64,000 nt of DNA from Callorhinchus milii (lineage: Eukaryota). Each line of letters starts with the position of its first letter. The stretch's first letter is position 1. The notes under the pieces were generated by a model that was given only the letters and a program-made list of their open reading frames with translations, made no database searches and was not told the DNA's origin. Shown piece by piece: positions 63,155 through 64,000 of this stretch. The DNA lies in assembly GCF_018977255.1 (NCBI RefSeq), contig NW_024704743.1, positions 84,136,001-84,200,000 of the forward strand, written 5' to 3'. A program made the translations under genes and the position numbers.

Positions 63155-64000
63155 AATCATAGAATTATACAGCACAGAAGGAGGCCAGTCGGCCCATCGT
63201 GTCTGTGCCGGCTATTTAAAAAGAGCTATCCGCCAAATTAATCCCACTCGCCCGCGCTCTCCCCATAGCCCTGCAAACTTGTCCTCCCCAAATAATTATC
63301 GTGGAGTCCTGTAGTTCAGTGGTTAGAGCACTTGCTTTGCAAGTGAGAGACCTGAGTTCAATTCCAGGCAGAGCGAAACCTTGGACAAGTTTCCTTACTC
63401 CACACACCTAATAATAATCCCTCCAAAAAAACAAAACAATAATAAATTGGTTATTTTCAATCCACGATTGTTTGTGGGACACTGCTGTGCGCAATTGGCT
63501 GCCGCGTTTGCCCACAAATATACAGTCAATTCACTCTACAGTATATTCTGTGAAGCGCTTTGGGACGTCTAGAAGATGTGAAAAGCGCTATATCAAATGC
63601 AAGGATTATTATTATTATTATTATCTAATTCTCTCTTGAAAGTTGTTATCGAATCGACTTCCACCACCCTTTCAGGAAATGCATTCCAGATCCGAACAAC
63701 TAACTGTGTGAACAAATTTCTCCTCACCTCCCCTCTGTTTCTTAATCAATTATTTTAAATCGGTGTCCTCGGGTTATCGACCCACCCACCAGTGGAAATA
63801 GTTTCCGCTTGTTTACCCTATCAAATCCCTTCATAACCTTGAAAACTTCTATTAAGTCTCATCTTAACCTCCTCTGCTCCAAGGAGAATAATCCTAGCTT
63901 CTCTAGCTTCTCCTGATAACTGAAGTCCTTCATTCCTGGTAAATCTCCTTTGCACCCTCTCCAATGCCTTGACGTCCTTCCTAAAGTGCGGTGGACAGAA
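63155..64000 (-). mobile_element. CR1 LINE 3' end (runs off window), split by a SINE
   Basis: Collinear with 40285-40722 plus 41652-41750; ATCATAGAATTATACAGCACAGAAGGAGGCCAGTCGGCCCATCG terminus. Confidence 0.92.
63303..63620 (+). mobile_element. Composite tRNA-SINE, short form, nested in CR1
   Basis: tRNA head, short-form junction, Deu core, (TTA)n; TTATC repeated at 63296-63300 and 63621-63625. Confidence 0.95.

Noticed and set aside
1..64000. Strand bias of retroelements as a clue to host transcription direction
   Set aside because: L2 and SINE copies occur on both strands in broadly similar numbers; no usable signal.

Overview
This is non-coding, repeat-rich vertebrate genomic DNA, most likely from a cartilaginous fish (shark or chimaera). 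That inference rests on SacSINE1-like Deu-domain SINEs, abundant L2 LINEs with (TTG)n tails and shark-type CR1 LINE 3' ends. I found no recognisable host protein-coding exon. Every ORF-track entry with recognisable motifs is an L2 or CR1 remnant (APE endonuclease, RT, SGNH esterase). The window looks like a gene desert or very large intron. It contains: (i) several L2 copies, one young with an uninterrupted 203-codon C-terminal frame; (ii) a nested CR1-in-CR1 complex whose outer copy has lost its whole RT domain; (iii) many old Deu-SINEs plus seven copies of a younger composite SINE (tRNA head + Meta-like block + Deu block + L2 tail) in long and short forms; (iv) a palindromic ~240-bp MITE family; (v) repeat-free islands rich in homeodomain/PBX-HOX/MEIS/TCF motifs that resemble conserved developmental enhancers, and CTCF-like motifs. 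Family names come from recalled consensus motifs, not database searches. Boundaries of old repeats are approximate.
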